From assembly GCA_040218735.1 (NCBI GenBank), contig JAVJQW010000049.1:160001-224000 (forward strand): a stretch of DNA of 64,000 bases. The letters are read 5' to 3'. The notes under the pieces were generated by a model. The model was not told the DNA's origin and did no database searches. It saw only the letters and a list, made by a program, of their open reading frames with translations. This stretch comes from Deltaproteobacteria bacterium. GTDB lineage: Bacteria > Myxococcota > Kuafuiibacteriia > Kuafuiibacteriales > Kuafuiibacteriaceae. Positions 1 to 10,447 of the stretch are shown here, piece by piece. Each line of letters begins with the position of its first letter. Positions within the stretch are counted from its first letter, which is position 1. Both the position numbers and the translations under genes were made by a program.

Positions 1-1989
1 CTTGTTGGCGACGAGGAGCACCTGATAGGCGCGCGACGCGAACCTCTCCGGTAGCTCGGTCTCGCTGATGCCCTCGTTCATCTGCGGCTCCGTGTACTCG
101 ACGCCGGGCGCGTCCGGGTCCGTCACGGAGCCCGAGAAGGCGACGAGGCAGCGGATGTCGGCGTAGCCCTTCTTCGAGATGTAGCCGTCGAAGCTCAGCT
201 TGTACTTTACGGCCTGTATGCGAGAGCCCGTCACGACCATCGCCTTGGCGCGGCCCTCGAGCTGGTGCGCCACCGTGATGCGGAAGTGCTCGATGATGAG
301 CTCGGTCTTCTGCGCGATGTTGGTCGGGTGGAGGTTCACGAACCTCGCGAGCGCCGACGACGCCTTCTTCTTGTCGAGCTGCGGGTCGTCGGCGACGGCC
401 TTCGCGAGCTTGAAGAACCGCTTGTAGGTCGTGTAGCCGCGGAGGACGTCGAGGATGAAGCCCTCCTCGATGGCCTGGCGCATCGAGTAGAGGTGGAACG
501 GGGCCGGCTTGCCGTCCGGGCCCTCGTGGCCAAAGAGCTTCAGCGTCTTGTGCTTCGGCGTCGCCGTGAAGGCGAAGAAGCTCATGTTCTTCTGCGGTCC
601 ACGGAGGAGCGCTTTCCGGAGCGCGAGCTGGTCCGGCGTAGAGAGCTCTTCTTCGATCTGCTCTTCGGTGAGTTTGTCGTCGAGCGTGCTGTCCGCGAGC
701 ATCTCCTTGACGCTCAGGGCCATCTCGCCGCTCTGCGACGAGTGGGCCTCGTCGACGATGATCGCGTAGCGCCGGTCGGGGAGCTTCTCGATCTTGTCCT
801 GGATGAACCCGAACTTGTGGATGGTCGAAATGATGATCGGCGTCCCGGTCTTCAGCGCGGTGGCGAGCTGCTGCGAGTGCTTGTCGATCTTCTCGACCAC
901 GCCTTCCGCGTGGTCGAACTGGTAGATGGTGTGCTGGAGCTGTTGATCGAGCACGCGCCTGTCCGTGAGCACGACGACGGAGTGGTAGATCTTCTCGTCG
1001 TTCGCGTCGTGCAGCGAGGCCAGGCGGTGGGCGAGCCACGCGATGGAGTTCGACTTGCCGGACCCGGCCGAGTGCTGGACGAGGTAGTTGGTCCCGGCGC
1101 CGTGGTGTCGGCAGGCGGCTTCGAGCTTCCGCACGCAGTCGAGCTGGTGGAAGCGGGGGAAGATCATGGTCTCCTTCGACCATTTCTTGCCGGTGTCCGG
1201 ATCGACGCCCGTCTCGGTCTGCAGGTGCATGAAGCGGCCGATGATGTCGAGGAGGCTCCGTCGCGCCCAGACCTGCTCCCACAGGTAGGAGGTGCGGTGC
1301 TTCCCGGGCACGGCGGGGTTGCCGGCGCCGTGGTCGTGGCCGCGGTTGAAGGGGAGGAAGAAGGTCTGGTGCCGACTGAGGCGCGTGGTCATCCATGCCT
1401 CGTCGGTGTCGACGGCGAAGTGGACCAGCGCGCGTTTCTTGAACTGGAAGATCGGGGCCTTCGGGTCGCGGTCGGTCTTGTACTGCTTCCTCGCCTGCCA
1501 CGCCTGCTGCCCGGTCATGGCGTTCTTCAGCTCGCAGGTCACGATGGGGACGCCGTTGAGGCACAGCGTGAGGTCGAGCTCGTTGTCGTTGTTCGGGTCG
1601 TAGCGGAGCTGCCGCACGACGGAGAGCCGGTTGGCTTCGAACTTCGTCCACAGGTCGGGGTTCTTGTCGTGCCCGGGCTCGAAGTAGGCGAGGCTGAGCT
1701 TCTGACCGTAGAAGGGGAGGCCGTGGCGCAGCACCTCCAGAGACCCGCGCTTGTCCATGACCTTGACGACCTCCTGGATGAACAGCGGCTCGAGCTTGTC
1801 CTTCAGGATGCCTTCGAGCTTCGCCCACGGCTTCGGCTGGGTCGTCCGGACGAAGTCGATGAGGAGCTGCGGGAAGAGGGCGAGGGTGCGGTCGTAGGTG
1901 TTGGGGGAGAGGGGCTCGTAGCCATGCGCGAGGAGGTGGGCTTCGATCTCCGCCTCGAAGGTGTGTTCGGTGTGGATGCCGAGCGCCAT
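1..1989 (-). CDS. hsdR: Type I restriction enzyme R subunit (3' part runs off the window start)
   Basis: Absent from the ORF track because it has no stop in the window. Manual translation from ATG 1989 gives MALGIHTEHTFEAEIEAHL..., nuclease motif LDLTLCLNGVPIVTCELKN, Walker A HSAGSGKS and IIVDEAHSSQ. Start overlaps the upstream stop (TGATG). Confidence 0.95.
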   Translation of the reverse strand, partial: MALGIHTEHTFEAEIEAHLLAHGYEPLSPNTYDRTLALFPQLLIDFVRTTQPKPWAKLEGILKDKLEPLFIQEVVKVMDKRGSLEVLRHGLPFYGQKLSLAYFEPGHDKNPDLWTKFEANRLSVVRQLRYDPNNDNELDLTLCLNGVPIVTCELKNAMTGQQAWQARKQYKTDRDPKAPIFQFKKRALVHFAVDTDEAWMTTRLSRHQTFFLPFNRGHDHGAGNPAVPGKHRTSYLWEQVWARRSLLDIIGRFMHLQTETGVDPDTGKKWSKETMIFPRFHQLDCVRKLEAACRHHGAGTNYLVQHSAGSGKSNSIAWLAHRLASLHDANDEKIYHSVVVLTDRRVLDQQLQHTIYQFDHAEGVVEKIDKHSQQLATALKTGTPIIISTIHKFGFIQDKIEKLPDRRYAIIVDEAHSSQSGEMALSVKEMLADSTLDDKLTEEQIEEELSTPDQLALRKALLRGPQKNMSFFAFTATPKHKTLKLFGHEGPDGKPAPFHLYSMRQAIEEGFILDVLRGYTTYKRFFKLAKAVADDPQLDKKKASSALARFVNLHPTNIAQKTELIIEHFRITVAHQLEGRAKAMVVTGSRIQAVKYKLSFDGYISKKGYADIRCLVAFSGSVTDPDAPGVEYTEPQMNEGISETELPERFASRAYQVLLVANK

Positions 1990-2915
1990 CAGTTGTCCTC
2001 GAACGCGCGCACGAAGAGCGGCTTGGCCTTCTCGAGATCGGCCATGGTGCGGAGGAGGACTTCGAGCTCGCCGGTGCCGTAGTGGCCGATTTCGCGGACG
2101 TCGCGGGTGAAGCCGTCCTCGAGGTCGATGGAGTCGGGGTCGACCTTCGTCCAGATGACGAGGTGCGTGCTCGACGGGCGCATGCAGACGAAGTTCTTGA
2201 AGCGTCGGAAGGCGATGTAGATCTTCGTCTCCTTGATCGTGACCTCGTCGGTGTCGCCGAGGGCCAGCAGGAAGGTGCGGAGGGCGTGCCAGACGTCGCT
2301 CAGCGGCGGCTCCATCCGCTCGATGAGGTCCGCCACGCTGGCGGTCTGGGACCTGGGCTCTCTGACGCTGCTGGTTGTGCTTGTGGTGGTGACGGTGGGC
2401 GACTCCTTGGCCTCGGTGCGGTTGACGAGGTCGAGCATCAAGAGCTCGTCGCCGTAGTGGGCGTAGCGGATCAGCTCGATGTTCCGGTTGATCTGCGCGA
2501 CGGCGTGCTCGTCGTACTTGGTGAAGCTGCCGGCCACGCAGAGCAGCCGGGGTGACGACCAGTCGATGGCTGAGGCGACTTCGGCGTCGAACCTCTCCAT
2601 GACCATGAGCTTGAACTCGGCCTGGTGGTCGAGCAACCAGTCGAGGTAGTACAGGCCCTGGTTGATCACGTTCTCGTTGAGGCTGCGCTTGTACTCGATG
2701 ATGACGGGGCAGCCGTTCTCGTCGATCCCGAGGGTGTCGATTCGGCCGCCGTGCTTCCTGCCCGTGCTGTACTCACTGGCGAGGAAGAGGACGCCGAGGA
2801 GCGTGTCGAGGTGGCGCTCGATGAGGCTCTGGAGCGACTTCTCGAGCGTCACGGTCTCCGCCTTGAGCTGCGCGACGTGGGCACCGTTGATCTGGAAGAG
2901 CTTGATGTCGCTCAT
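1989..2915 (-). CDS. NucS/DUF91-like PD-(D/E)XK endonuclease with C-terminal DUF5655-like domain
   Basis: 308 aa. EKSLQSLIE...GRIDTLGID...IIEYKR...QGLYY nuclease pattern; C-terminus TRDVREIGHYGTGELEV is typical of DUF5655. Overlaps both hsdS and hsdR. Confidence 0.75.
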   Translation of the reverse strand: MSDIKLFQINGAHVAQLKAETVTLEKSLQSLIERHLDTLLGVLFLASEYSTGRKHGGRIDTLGIDENGCPVIIEYKRSLNENVINQGLYYLDWLLDHQAEFKLMVMERFDAEVASAIDWSSPRLLCVAGSFTKYDEHAVAQINRNIELIRYAHYGDELLMLDLVNRTEAKESPTVTTTSTTSSVREPRSQTASVADLIERMEPPLSDVWHALRTFLLALGDTDEVTIKETKIYIAFRRFKNFVCMRPSSTHLVIWTKVDPDSIDLEDGFTRDVREIGHYGTGELEVLLRTMADLEKAKPLFVRAFEDN

Positions 2916-4246
2916 GCGGCGGCCTCCTGGGTGACGTCGAGCTGACCGGTGACGGCGGCGGTGATGAGGGCCTGGCGGTATTCGTGCAGCGAGTCAATCT
3001 GGCGCTCGATCAGCCCCTGAGCGCTACGGGATTGAGCCAGCTCATTCCATGCCTCCGAGCCGATCATCTTCTGCTCCGCGATTGGCGGTAGCGCCATGTA
3101 GCAACTTCGCACGTGTTCGAGCCCGAGTCCCTGTTTAGTTCCGCCATATTGAGCCACCTTGAAGTGGGCCTGCCCGACGTCGGACGACAACGCGAGTGCG
3201 ATGAATTGTGAGTCTACCCCGTCTGGGGTCAGCCTAAGCAGGCATACGTGCTGATTGATGTACGCCTCGGGATCCGGCGCGGACCGAACGATTGCTACGG
3301 TTCCGGTGCGGGCGCCCGTAATGCAGACGAGAATATCTTGAGTGGCCACCAGAGTTCGCCTTCCTTCAGCGCCGCGCGGCGGCCGAACCCGCTGGATATT
3401 CGAAAGGTCGAGTTGAAGGTCGATCCCAAGATTGCCACTTTGAAGGAAGACGGGATCGCAGTTGTCGCCAGAGTAGTGGTCGGCCCACCCCCTTGAACCG
3501 GACGTTGCGAAGCTCGTAACGCTTCTGAGACGCGTCAACTCCCAGTGCGCCGGGATTTCGCCGATCCACGGGATGCCCGAGTCCTTCATGGGCGCGTCGG
3601 GGTTCAGGCCCTTGGTGACCGCGTGGTTGATGAGGGCGGCGCGCTTCTCGGCCAGCAGGTCCAGCAGCTTCTGCTTCTTGTCGATGAGGGCGTCAATGGC
3701 GGCCGTCTTGCGGTCGAGGAAGTCGGCGATGTCCAGCTGAGTGGAGATGGGCGGCAGGGGAATGAGGGCGTCCTTGATGCCCAACTGTCCGAGGCCGAAC
3801 CGTGTGACTCCATTGGCGGCAACCCAGAACTGCTCTCTGATCCCCTGAGCTTGGAGCGCTCGGAGGAGGTACCTCCCTTGCAGGCGATCCGGCCGCGGGC
3901 GAAGCAACGTCAAATGGTATCCGCAAACGACATTGTCCAGTTCCTCGCGCACGCACGCGGGGATGGCGATGTCATTCCATGTCTCCGAGTCCTTGGTGAT
4001 GGCGACGTCACCCGTTTGAAGACCGAAGCGTCGTATCTCCGATGTGGTAGCGGTCGCCGTCATCAAATCCATCTGGTTCGAGATGAAGTCGTTGTAGTAG
4101 ACGTCGGTGTAGTTGCACAAACGAACGGGGTGACCACCGTCCTCTGACTTCTTGTCGACGGACGAGTTCGAAACGGAGGCAACGTGACGCAATCGGAGCG
4201 CCCGCCATTTCGGTGGAAGGGAGTTGAGCCACGGCGGTGTGTTCAC
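2912..4246 (-). CDS. hsdS: Type I R-M specificity subunit
   Basis: 444 aa, two TRDs separated by the conserved spacer (LPPISTQLDIADFLDRKTAAIDALI...MKDSGIPWIGEIPAHW); ends YRQALITAAVTGQLDV. TRDs are visibly less GC-rich than the spacers. Confidence 0.95.
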   Translation of the reverse strand: MNTPPWLNSLPPKWRALRLRHVASVSNSSVDKKSEDGGHPVRLCNYTDVYYNDFISNQMDLMTATATTSEIRRFGLQTGDVAITKDSETWNDIAIPACVREELDNVVCGYHLTLLRPRPDRLQGRYLLRALQAQGIREQFWVAANGVTRFGLGQLGIKDALIPLPPISTQLDIADFLDRKTAAIDALIDKKQKLLDLLAEKRAALINHAVTKGLNPDAPMKDSGIPWIGEIPAHWELTRLRSVTSFATSGSRGWADHYSGDNCDPVFLQSGNLGIDLQLDLSNIQRVRPPRGAEGRRTLVATQDILVCITGARTGTVAIVRSAPDPEAYINQHVCLLRLTPDGVDSQFIALALSSDVGQAHFKVAQYGGTKQGLGLEHVRSCYMALPPIAEQKMIGSEAWNELAQSRSAQGLIERQIDSLHEYRQALITAAVTGQLDVTQEAAA

Positions 4247-6306
4247 GTGAGTGCCTCGCCGAGCATCCCCTGGATCTCCGCCTCCAGCGCCCGAATCTCC
4301 TCCTCGATCACCGCCAAGTCCCGCGGCGGCTCGTACACGTAGAAGTGCCGCGTGAACGGGATCTCATACCCCACCTTCGTCTTCGCCTCGTCGATCCACG
4401 CGTCCGGCACGTGCGGCAGCACCTCCCGCTCCATGTACGCCGCGATGTCCTCCTTCAGCGGCACGTTCTCGTAGTCACGCAGCTCCGGGTCCGGCTCGGG
4501 CGCGCCCTTCGATGTGCACACCTCCGCGGTTTCGTCGCGCTCGGACAGCGCGTTCAGCACCGCCTTGCGCACGGGCGCCGCGAGCTCGACGCCCGCCGAC
4601 TTCATCGCGGACTTCAGCGCCTTCACGAACTCCGGTCGCGACTTGTAGACCCGCTCGCCGTCCATCGACGCCAGCACTGCGCGCACGGCCTCCTGCTGCG
4701 CGCGGCCGGCTTCGATCGCCTGCTTCCCCGCCTCGCCCTTCTTCTTCGACTTCGCGAGGTTCTGCCACGCGCGCTCGTCCTCGAGACGGGCGATGCGCTC
4801 CGGCGACGTCGAGAAGTTCAGCTGGAGCGGGCGCTCGACGGTGATGCGATGAAAGCCGAAGTCGGCGTTGTCGAAGATCTTCACGTCCGGCCCGGGCTCG
4901 AACGCGATGTAGCGTCGCGCGAGCTCGTCGATGTGCTGCTCGCTCAGCTCCTTGCGCTTGTCGCCGAGGCTCTTTCTCATCTTCTGGAAGTACTTCACGC
5001 CGTTGATCAGCTGCACCTTGCCCCTGCGGTGCGCGGCCTTTCGGTTCGTGACCAGCCAGATGTAGGTCGAGATCCCGGTGTTGTAGAACATCTGATCCGG
5101 CAGCGCGACGATCGCCTCCAGCCAGTCGTTCTCCAGAATCCACCGGCGAATCTCCGACTCGCCCGAGCCCGCCGCTCCCGTGAACAGCGGCGACCCGTTG
5201 AACACGATCGCGAGGCGGCTGCCTCCGTCCTCCTTCGGCTTCATCTTGCTGAGCATGTGCAAGAGGAACAGGAGCGACCCGTCGTTCTTGCGCGGCAGCC
5301 CCGGCCCGAAGCGCCCCGCGTGCCCGCGCTGCTCGTGCTCGGTCCGCACGTCGGTCTCCGCCTTCGACCAGTCCACGCCGAACGGTGGGTTCGAGATCAG
5401 GTAGTCCGCGCGGAGGTCGGGGAGGTCGTCGTGCGAGAAGGAGTTACCGAACTTGATGTTGTCGGCCTGGTGGCCCTTGATGAGCATGTCGGCCTTGCAG
5501 ATGGCGTAGGACTCGCCGTTGATCTCCTGCCCGTAGACCTGCAAGCGCGCCTGCGGGTTGAGCTTCGAGATGTGCTCCTCGGCGACGGACAACATCCCGC
5601 CCGTCCCGCACGCCGGGTCGTACATCGTGCGGACGATCCCGGCGGTGTTGAGGGCCTCGTCGTCCTCCGAGAACAGGAGCGTCACCATGAACTTGATGAC
5701 TTCGCGCGGCGTGAAGTGTTCGCCGGCCGTTTCGTTCGACTGTTCGGAGAACTTCCGGATGAGCTCTTCGAAGATGTAGCCCATCTCCGTGTTGCTCACG
5801 TGACTCACCGGCTTGCCGTCGGGGCCAACGCAGGGGGAGCCATCCGGGTTGCGCTCGTATGGGTCGAGATCCACCGCGGTGAACTTCTTGAGGACGAGGA
5901 AGAGCAGGTTGGCGCCGTCCAGGCGCGCCACCTGCGTCTCGAACGCGAACTTCTCCATGATGTCCCGGACGTTCTTCGAGAAGCCGTGGACGTAGCCGGT
6001 CAGGTTGGCGGCGGCGTTGTTCGGGTCGTCGAGGAGCCCGGCGAAGTCGAGCTTCGAAGTGTTGTAGAACGTCTCGCCCGACGCCTTGAGCAGCATCTGC
6101 TCGCGCAGGGCCTCCGGCGTCTTGTCGGCCGGGTGCTTCGCGTGCGCGGCGAGCACCGCCTGGCGCGTGGCGGCCAAGACCTGGTCGAGGCGTCGCAGCA
6201 CCAAGAAGGGGAGGATGACTCGGCCATACTCGGACTGTTTGTAGTCGCCGCGCAGGAGGTCCGCGACCCCCCAGATGAAGCTGACCTTTTCGGAGAAGTT
6301 CTGCAT
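4243..6306 (-). CDS. hsdM: Type I R-M N6-adenine methyltransferase
   Basis: 687 aa. IWGVADLLRG N-terminus, GEHFTPREV, motif I YDPACGTGGML, motif IV SNPPF, C-terminal KVGYEIPFTRHFY. Confidence 0.96.
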   Translation of the reverse strand: MQNFSEKVSFIWGVADLLRGDYKQSEYGRVILPFLVLRRLDQVLAATRQAVLAAHAKHPADKTPEALREQMLLKASGETFYNTSKLDFAGLLDDPNNAAANLTGYVHGFSKNVRDIMEKFAFETQVARLDGANLLFLVLKKFTAVDLDPYERNPDGSPCVGPDGKPVSHVSNTEMGYIFEELIRKFSEQSNETAGEHFTPREVIKFMVTLLFSEDDEALNTAGIVRTMYDPACGTGGMLSVAEEHISKLNPQARLQVYGQEINGESYAICKADMLIKGHQADNIKFGNSFSHDDLPDLRADYLISNPPFGVDWSKAETDVRTEHEQRGHAGRFGPGLPRKNDGSLLFLLHMLSKMKPKEDGGSRLAIVFNGSPLFTGAAGSGESEIRRWILENDWLEAIVALPDQMFYNTGISTYIWLVTNRKAAHRRGKVQLINGVKYFQKMRKSLGDKRKELSEQHIDELARRYIAFEPGPDVKIFDNADFGFHRITVERPLQLNFSTSPERIARLEDERAWQNLAKSKKKGEAGKQAIEAGRAQQEAVRAVLASMDGERVYKSRPEFVKALKSAMKSAGVELAAPVRKAVLNALSERDETAEVCTSKGAPEPDPELRDYENVPLKEDIAAYMEREVLPHVPDAWIDEAKTKVGYEIPFTRHFYVYEPPRDLAVIEEEIRALEAEIQGMLGEALT

Positions 6307-6491
6307 GGGCTGATGCTCGTTGGCTCGCGTCCCGCGTTACCGCGTGACGAAGAGCGTCCGAGTGTCTAGCGGGTGATGGCGCCGCACGCCAGCCGCGTGC
6401 GTTGGGCATCCCATTGTCATTGGGAAGACGAACCAAGCTGGACCTTGGGCATCCCCGACGGCAGACTCCTTGTTCCGGGTGAGGTGACCTC

Positions 6492-7421
6492 ATGAGCGAG
6501 CAGCACAAGATCGTGATTCGCGGCTCGGCCGTGGGTGATGACCGTATTTCTGGCCACGTCTTCCGGGACCTCCTCGATGTCCTCGTCGAGGGCTCGGAGC
6601 GCGCCCTGCGTTTCTACATCGACGGGCGCAGCACTGCGCGCGGCACGCAGCCCGGTTGGATTCGCTCCGCGGCGGACTTCCAGCTGGTCCGGGGCGTCGA
6701 GGGCGACGCGGGAACGGCGATCGTGGAAGCGCGCCCCCTGATCGAAACGATGCCCGAGCGCTTCCAGCAGAGCGAGCTGTTCTCGGACGTCGATCCCGCG
6801 TTGTCGCCGATCGAGCTCTTCGAGAACGCACTCGAAGACGCGCTCGCGGGCAACGAGGACAGCGACCGCTTCGACCTTGCGCTTCTGAAGACCATCGAGA
6901 AGCTCGAGGGGCTCATCGCTCACGGCGTGGATCAGGTCGAGCTCGTGAACGGACGGACCATCAAGGTGGACCGCGCCGCGCTCGCACAGGCGCATCGTGT
7001 TTCTCAGAAGGCGTTTGCACCGCAGCGGGTCAAGGTCGCCGGTCGTCTGGAGGCGATTCGCTACAGCGGCTGCCGGTTTACGTTGGTGACCGCGGACGGA
7101 GTACAACTCAGCGGGGTCGCTGTGGACCTCGGACCCGAAGCGCTGTCGAACCACTTTGGCGAGGAGGTCGTGGTCACCGGGACGGCCGTGTTTCGCGCGT
7201 CGGGCTTCCCGCTTCGTATCGAGGCCGCGCGTATACAGCGCGCCTCTGCCGAGCAGATTTCCTTGTGGTCGGCGGTTCCGAAGCCTCTCCTCGCGCCGAA
7301 GTCACGCGCGGCCGCGTCGTCGGCACAGCGCGCCAAGGGTGGGCTCGCGGCCGTGTTCGGGAAGTGGCCGGGCGACGAGTCCGATGAAGAGATCGCAGCG
7401 GCGCTCGCGGCTCTGTCGTGA
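6492..7421 (+). CDS. Hypothetical protein with possible OB-fold domain and C-terminal antitoxin-like tail
   Basis: 309 aa, host-like codon usage, GAGGTG RBS. Tail [22 protein letters not shown]. Stop overlaps the start of the PIN gene (GTGA). Confidence 0.7.
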   Translation: MSEQHKIVIRGSAVGDDRISGHVFRDLLDVLVEGSERALRFYIDGRSTARGTQPGWIRSAADFQLVRGVEGDAGTAIVEARPLIETMPERFQQSELFSDVDPALSPIELFENALEDALAGNEDSDRFDLALLKTIEKLEGLIAHGVDQVELVNGRTIKVDRAALAQAHRVSQKAFAPQRVKVAGRLEAIRYSGCRFTLVTADGVQLSGVAVDLGPEALSNHFGEEVVVTGTAVFRASGFPLRIEAARIQRASAEQISLWSAVPKPLLAPKSRAAASSAQRAKGGLAAVFGKWPGDESDEEIAAALAALS

Positions 7422-7855
7422 CGTCCGGTGACCAGCAGTGGTTCGTCGACACCGGCGTCCTCGTACACGTACTTCGCGGTAGTGCCCTTGGCCGCTACGT
7501 CCTCGACGACCTCCAGCTCCGTGCGGTGGCCGAGGTGCCGTACGTCTCCGTCGTCACGGTCGGAGAGCTCCTCTCGCTCGCATCGCAGTTCGGGTGGGGC
7601 GCGAAGCGCCGCGCGCAGATGTACGAGGTTCTGGCGGAGCTGATCGTCGTCGACATCAACCAGGAGGCCACGCTCGAGCGGTACGCGGAGCTCGACGCCT
7701 GGTGCGTGAAGCGCGGGTGGTCGCTGGGGAAGAACGACCTCTGGATCGCGGCTTCAGCGGCGGTGACCGGCGCGATGATTCTGACCGTGGACAAGGACTT
7801 CGATGCACTGGAGGGCGTGGGCGGCGTTCGTCGGCTCTATCTCGACCCCGGATGA
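7418..7855 (+). CDS. vapC: PIN-domain (VapC-like) ribonuclease toxin
   Basis: 145 aa. [31 protein letters not shown]: the PIN acidic active-site residues are present. Confidence 0.9.
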   Translation: MTSGDQQWFVDTGVLVHVLRGSALGRYVLDDLQLRAVAEVPYVSVVTVGELLSLASQFGWGAKRRAQMYEVLAELIVVDINQEATLERYAELDAWCVKRGWSLGKNDLWIAASAAVTGAMILTVDKDFDALEGVGGVRRLYLDPG

Positions 7856-7924
7856 CCTGGGTCGAGCCATCCGCCCCCTCGGTCCCTCTTGCCGACACGG
7901 GCCGGCACCCTCCCGGGCCGGGGT

Positions 7925-7952
7925 TTGCGGTTTCTCCAAACCGCGTTAGCGT
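7925..7952 (+). promoter_or_regulatory. Putative prkA promoter overlapped by an inverted repeat
   Basis: TTGCGG-N16-TAGCGT, 10 nt before ATG 7963. Perfect IR GCGGTTT-ctcc-AAACCGC at 7927-7944. Confidence 0.4.
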
Positions 7953-7962
7953 CTCACCTCCC

Positions 7963-10011
<2,049 letters not shown>

Positions 10012-10014
10012 CCA

Positions 10015-10344
10015 AGAAGTCCGGCCGACAACGCCCGCCGCGCTCTTGGGTGAGGCCCGGCGCGAAGCGGCGGGTCCGAGCACTGTGCCAAGCGCTCCCG
10101 CGAAGCGGGAGGGCGTTATGGTCTCGTCGGCGCCCTTTCCGCGTGCTCGCCGCGCCGCCTCCGGCTCTTGGTCGAGGCCCGGCGCGAAGCGGCGGGTTCG
10201 AGACCTGTGCCAAGCGCTCCCGCGGAGCGGGAGGGCGTTATGGTCTCGTCGGTTGCGTACGCCCGGTATGCGCCCTCCTCACGCGACGACCACGCAAAAA
10301 GCTCGCTCGCCGAGAGCACGACGTGCGTTATCGGCCGGACTTCT
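10015..10344. mobile_element. Non-autonomous MITE/REP-like element with ~35-bp imperfect terminal inverted repeats
   Basis: AGAAGTCCGGCCGACAACGC (10015-10034) matches the reverse complement of 10325-10344 at 19/20. Imperfect pairing continues to about 10049/10310. No target-site duplication evident. Confidence 0.6.
10042..10252. repeat. Two near-identical 89-bp direct repeats (10042-10130, 10164-10252) with a 33-bp spacer
   Basis: Direct comparison. Each unit holds two GC-rich hairpins (CCCG-g-CGC-gaa-GCG-g-CGGG and CTCCCGC-gaa/gga-GCGGGAG). Confidence 0.92.
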
Positions 10345-10447
10345 GCGCCGAAGTGCGCTAATTTCCGCGCGCGTGAGCGGATCGGGCCCATCGGACGGTT
10401 CCCCGCCGGGCGGCGCCGCGCCGCCTCGGTCTCCGGGCTCGTCCACC

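Noticed and set aside
265-2082. 605-aa plus-strand ORF, and other long antisense ORFs (4237-6369, 7954-10083, 14003-16795, 24505-26796, 30659-32521, 59819-63019)
   Set aside because: Shadow frames of real genes. High GC3 removes antisense stops, and the products have no motifs.
5810-5875. Short insertion in HsdM (YERNPDGSPCVGPDGKPV) as an intein or mobile remnant
   Set aside because: About 18 aa, in frame, without splicing motifs; most likely a surface loop.
2912-6306. Phase-variable (invertible or SSR) hsd locus
   Set aside because: Single hsdS; no recombinase, long inverted repeats or simple-sequence tract seen.
7594-7962. Long N-terminal extensions in the ORF track (prkA, DUF444, ppk1, glnD, nqrB, nqrD, truA, tsaB)
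   Set aside because: They overlap neighbouring genes and are Arg/Gly-rich noise; starts were trimmed to where family similarity begins.
10028-10122. Canonical integron attC site
   Set aside because: The ends only loosely fit RYYYAAC/GTTRRRY, there is an extra hairpin in the stem, the second unit lacks AAC, and there is no integrase or cassette. Kept only as an alternative in the finding.
10042-10252. Repeat-spacer-repeat with a 33-bp spacer read as a mini-CRISPR
   Set aside because: The 89-bp repeat is far too long, there are only two copies, and no cas genes are in the window.
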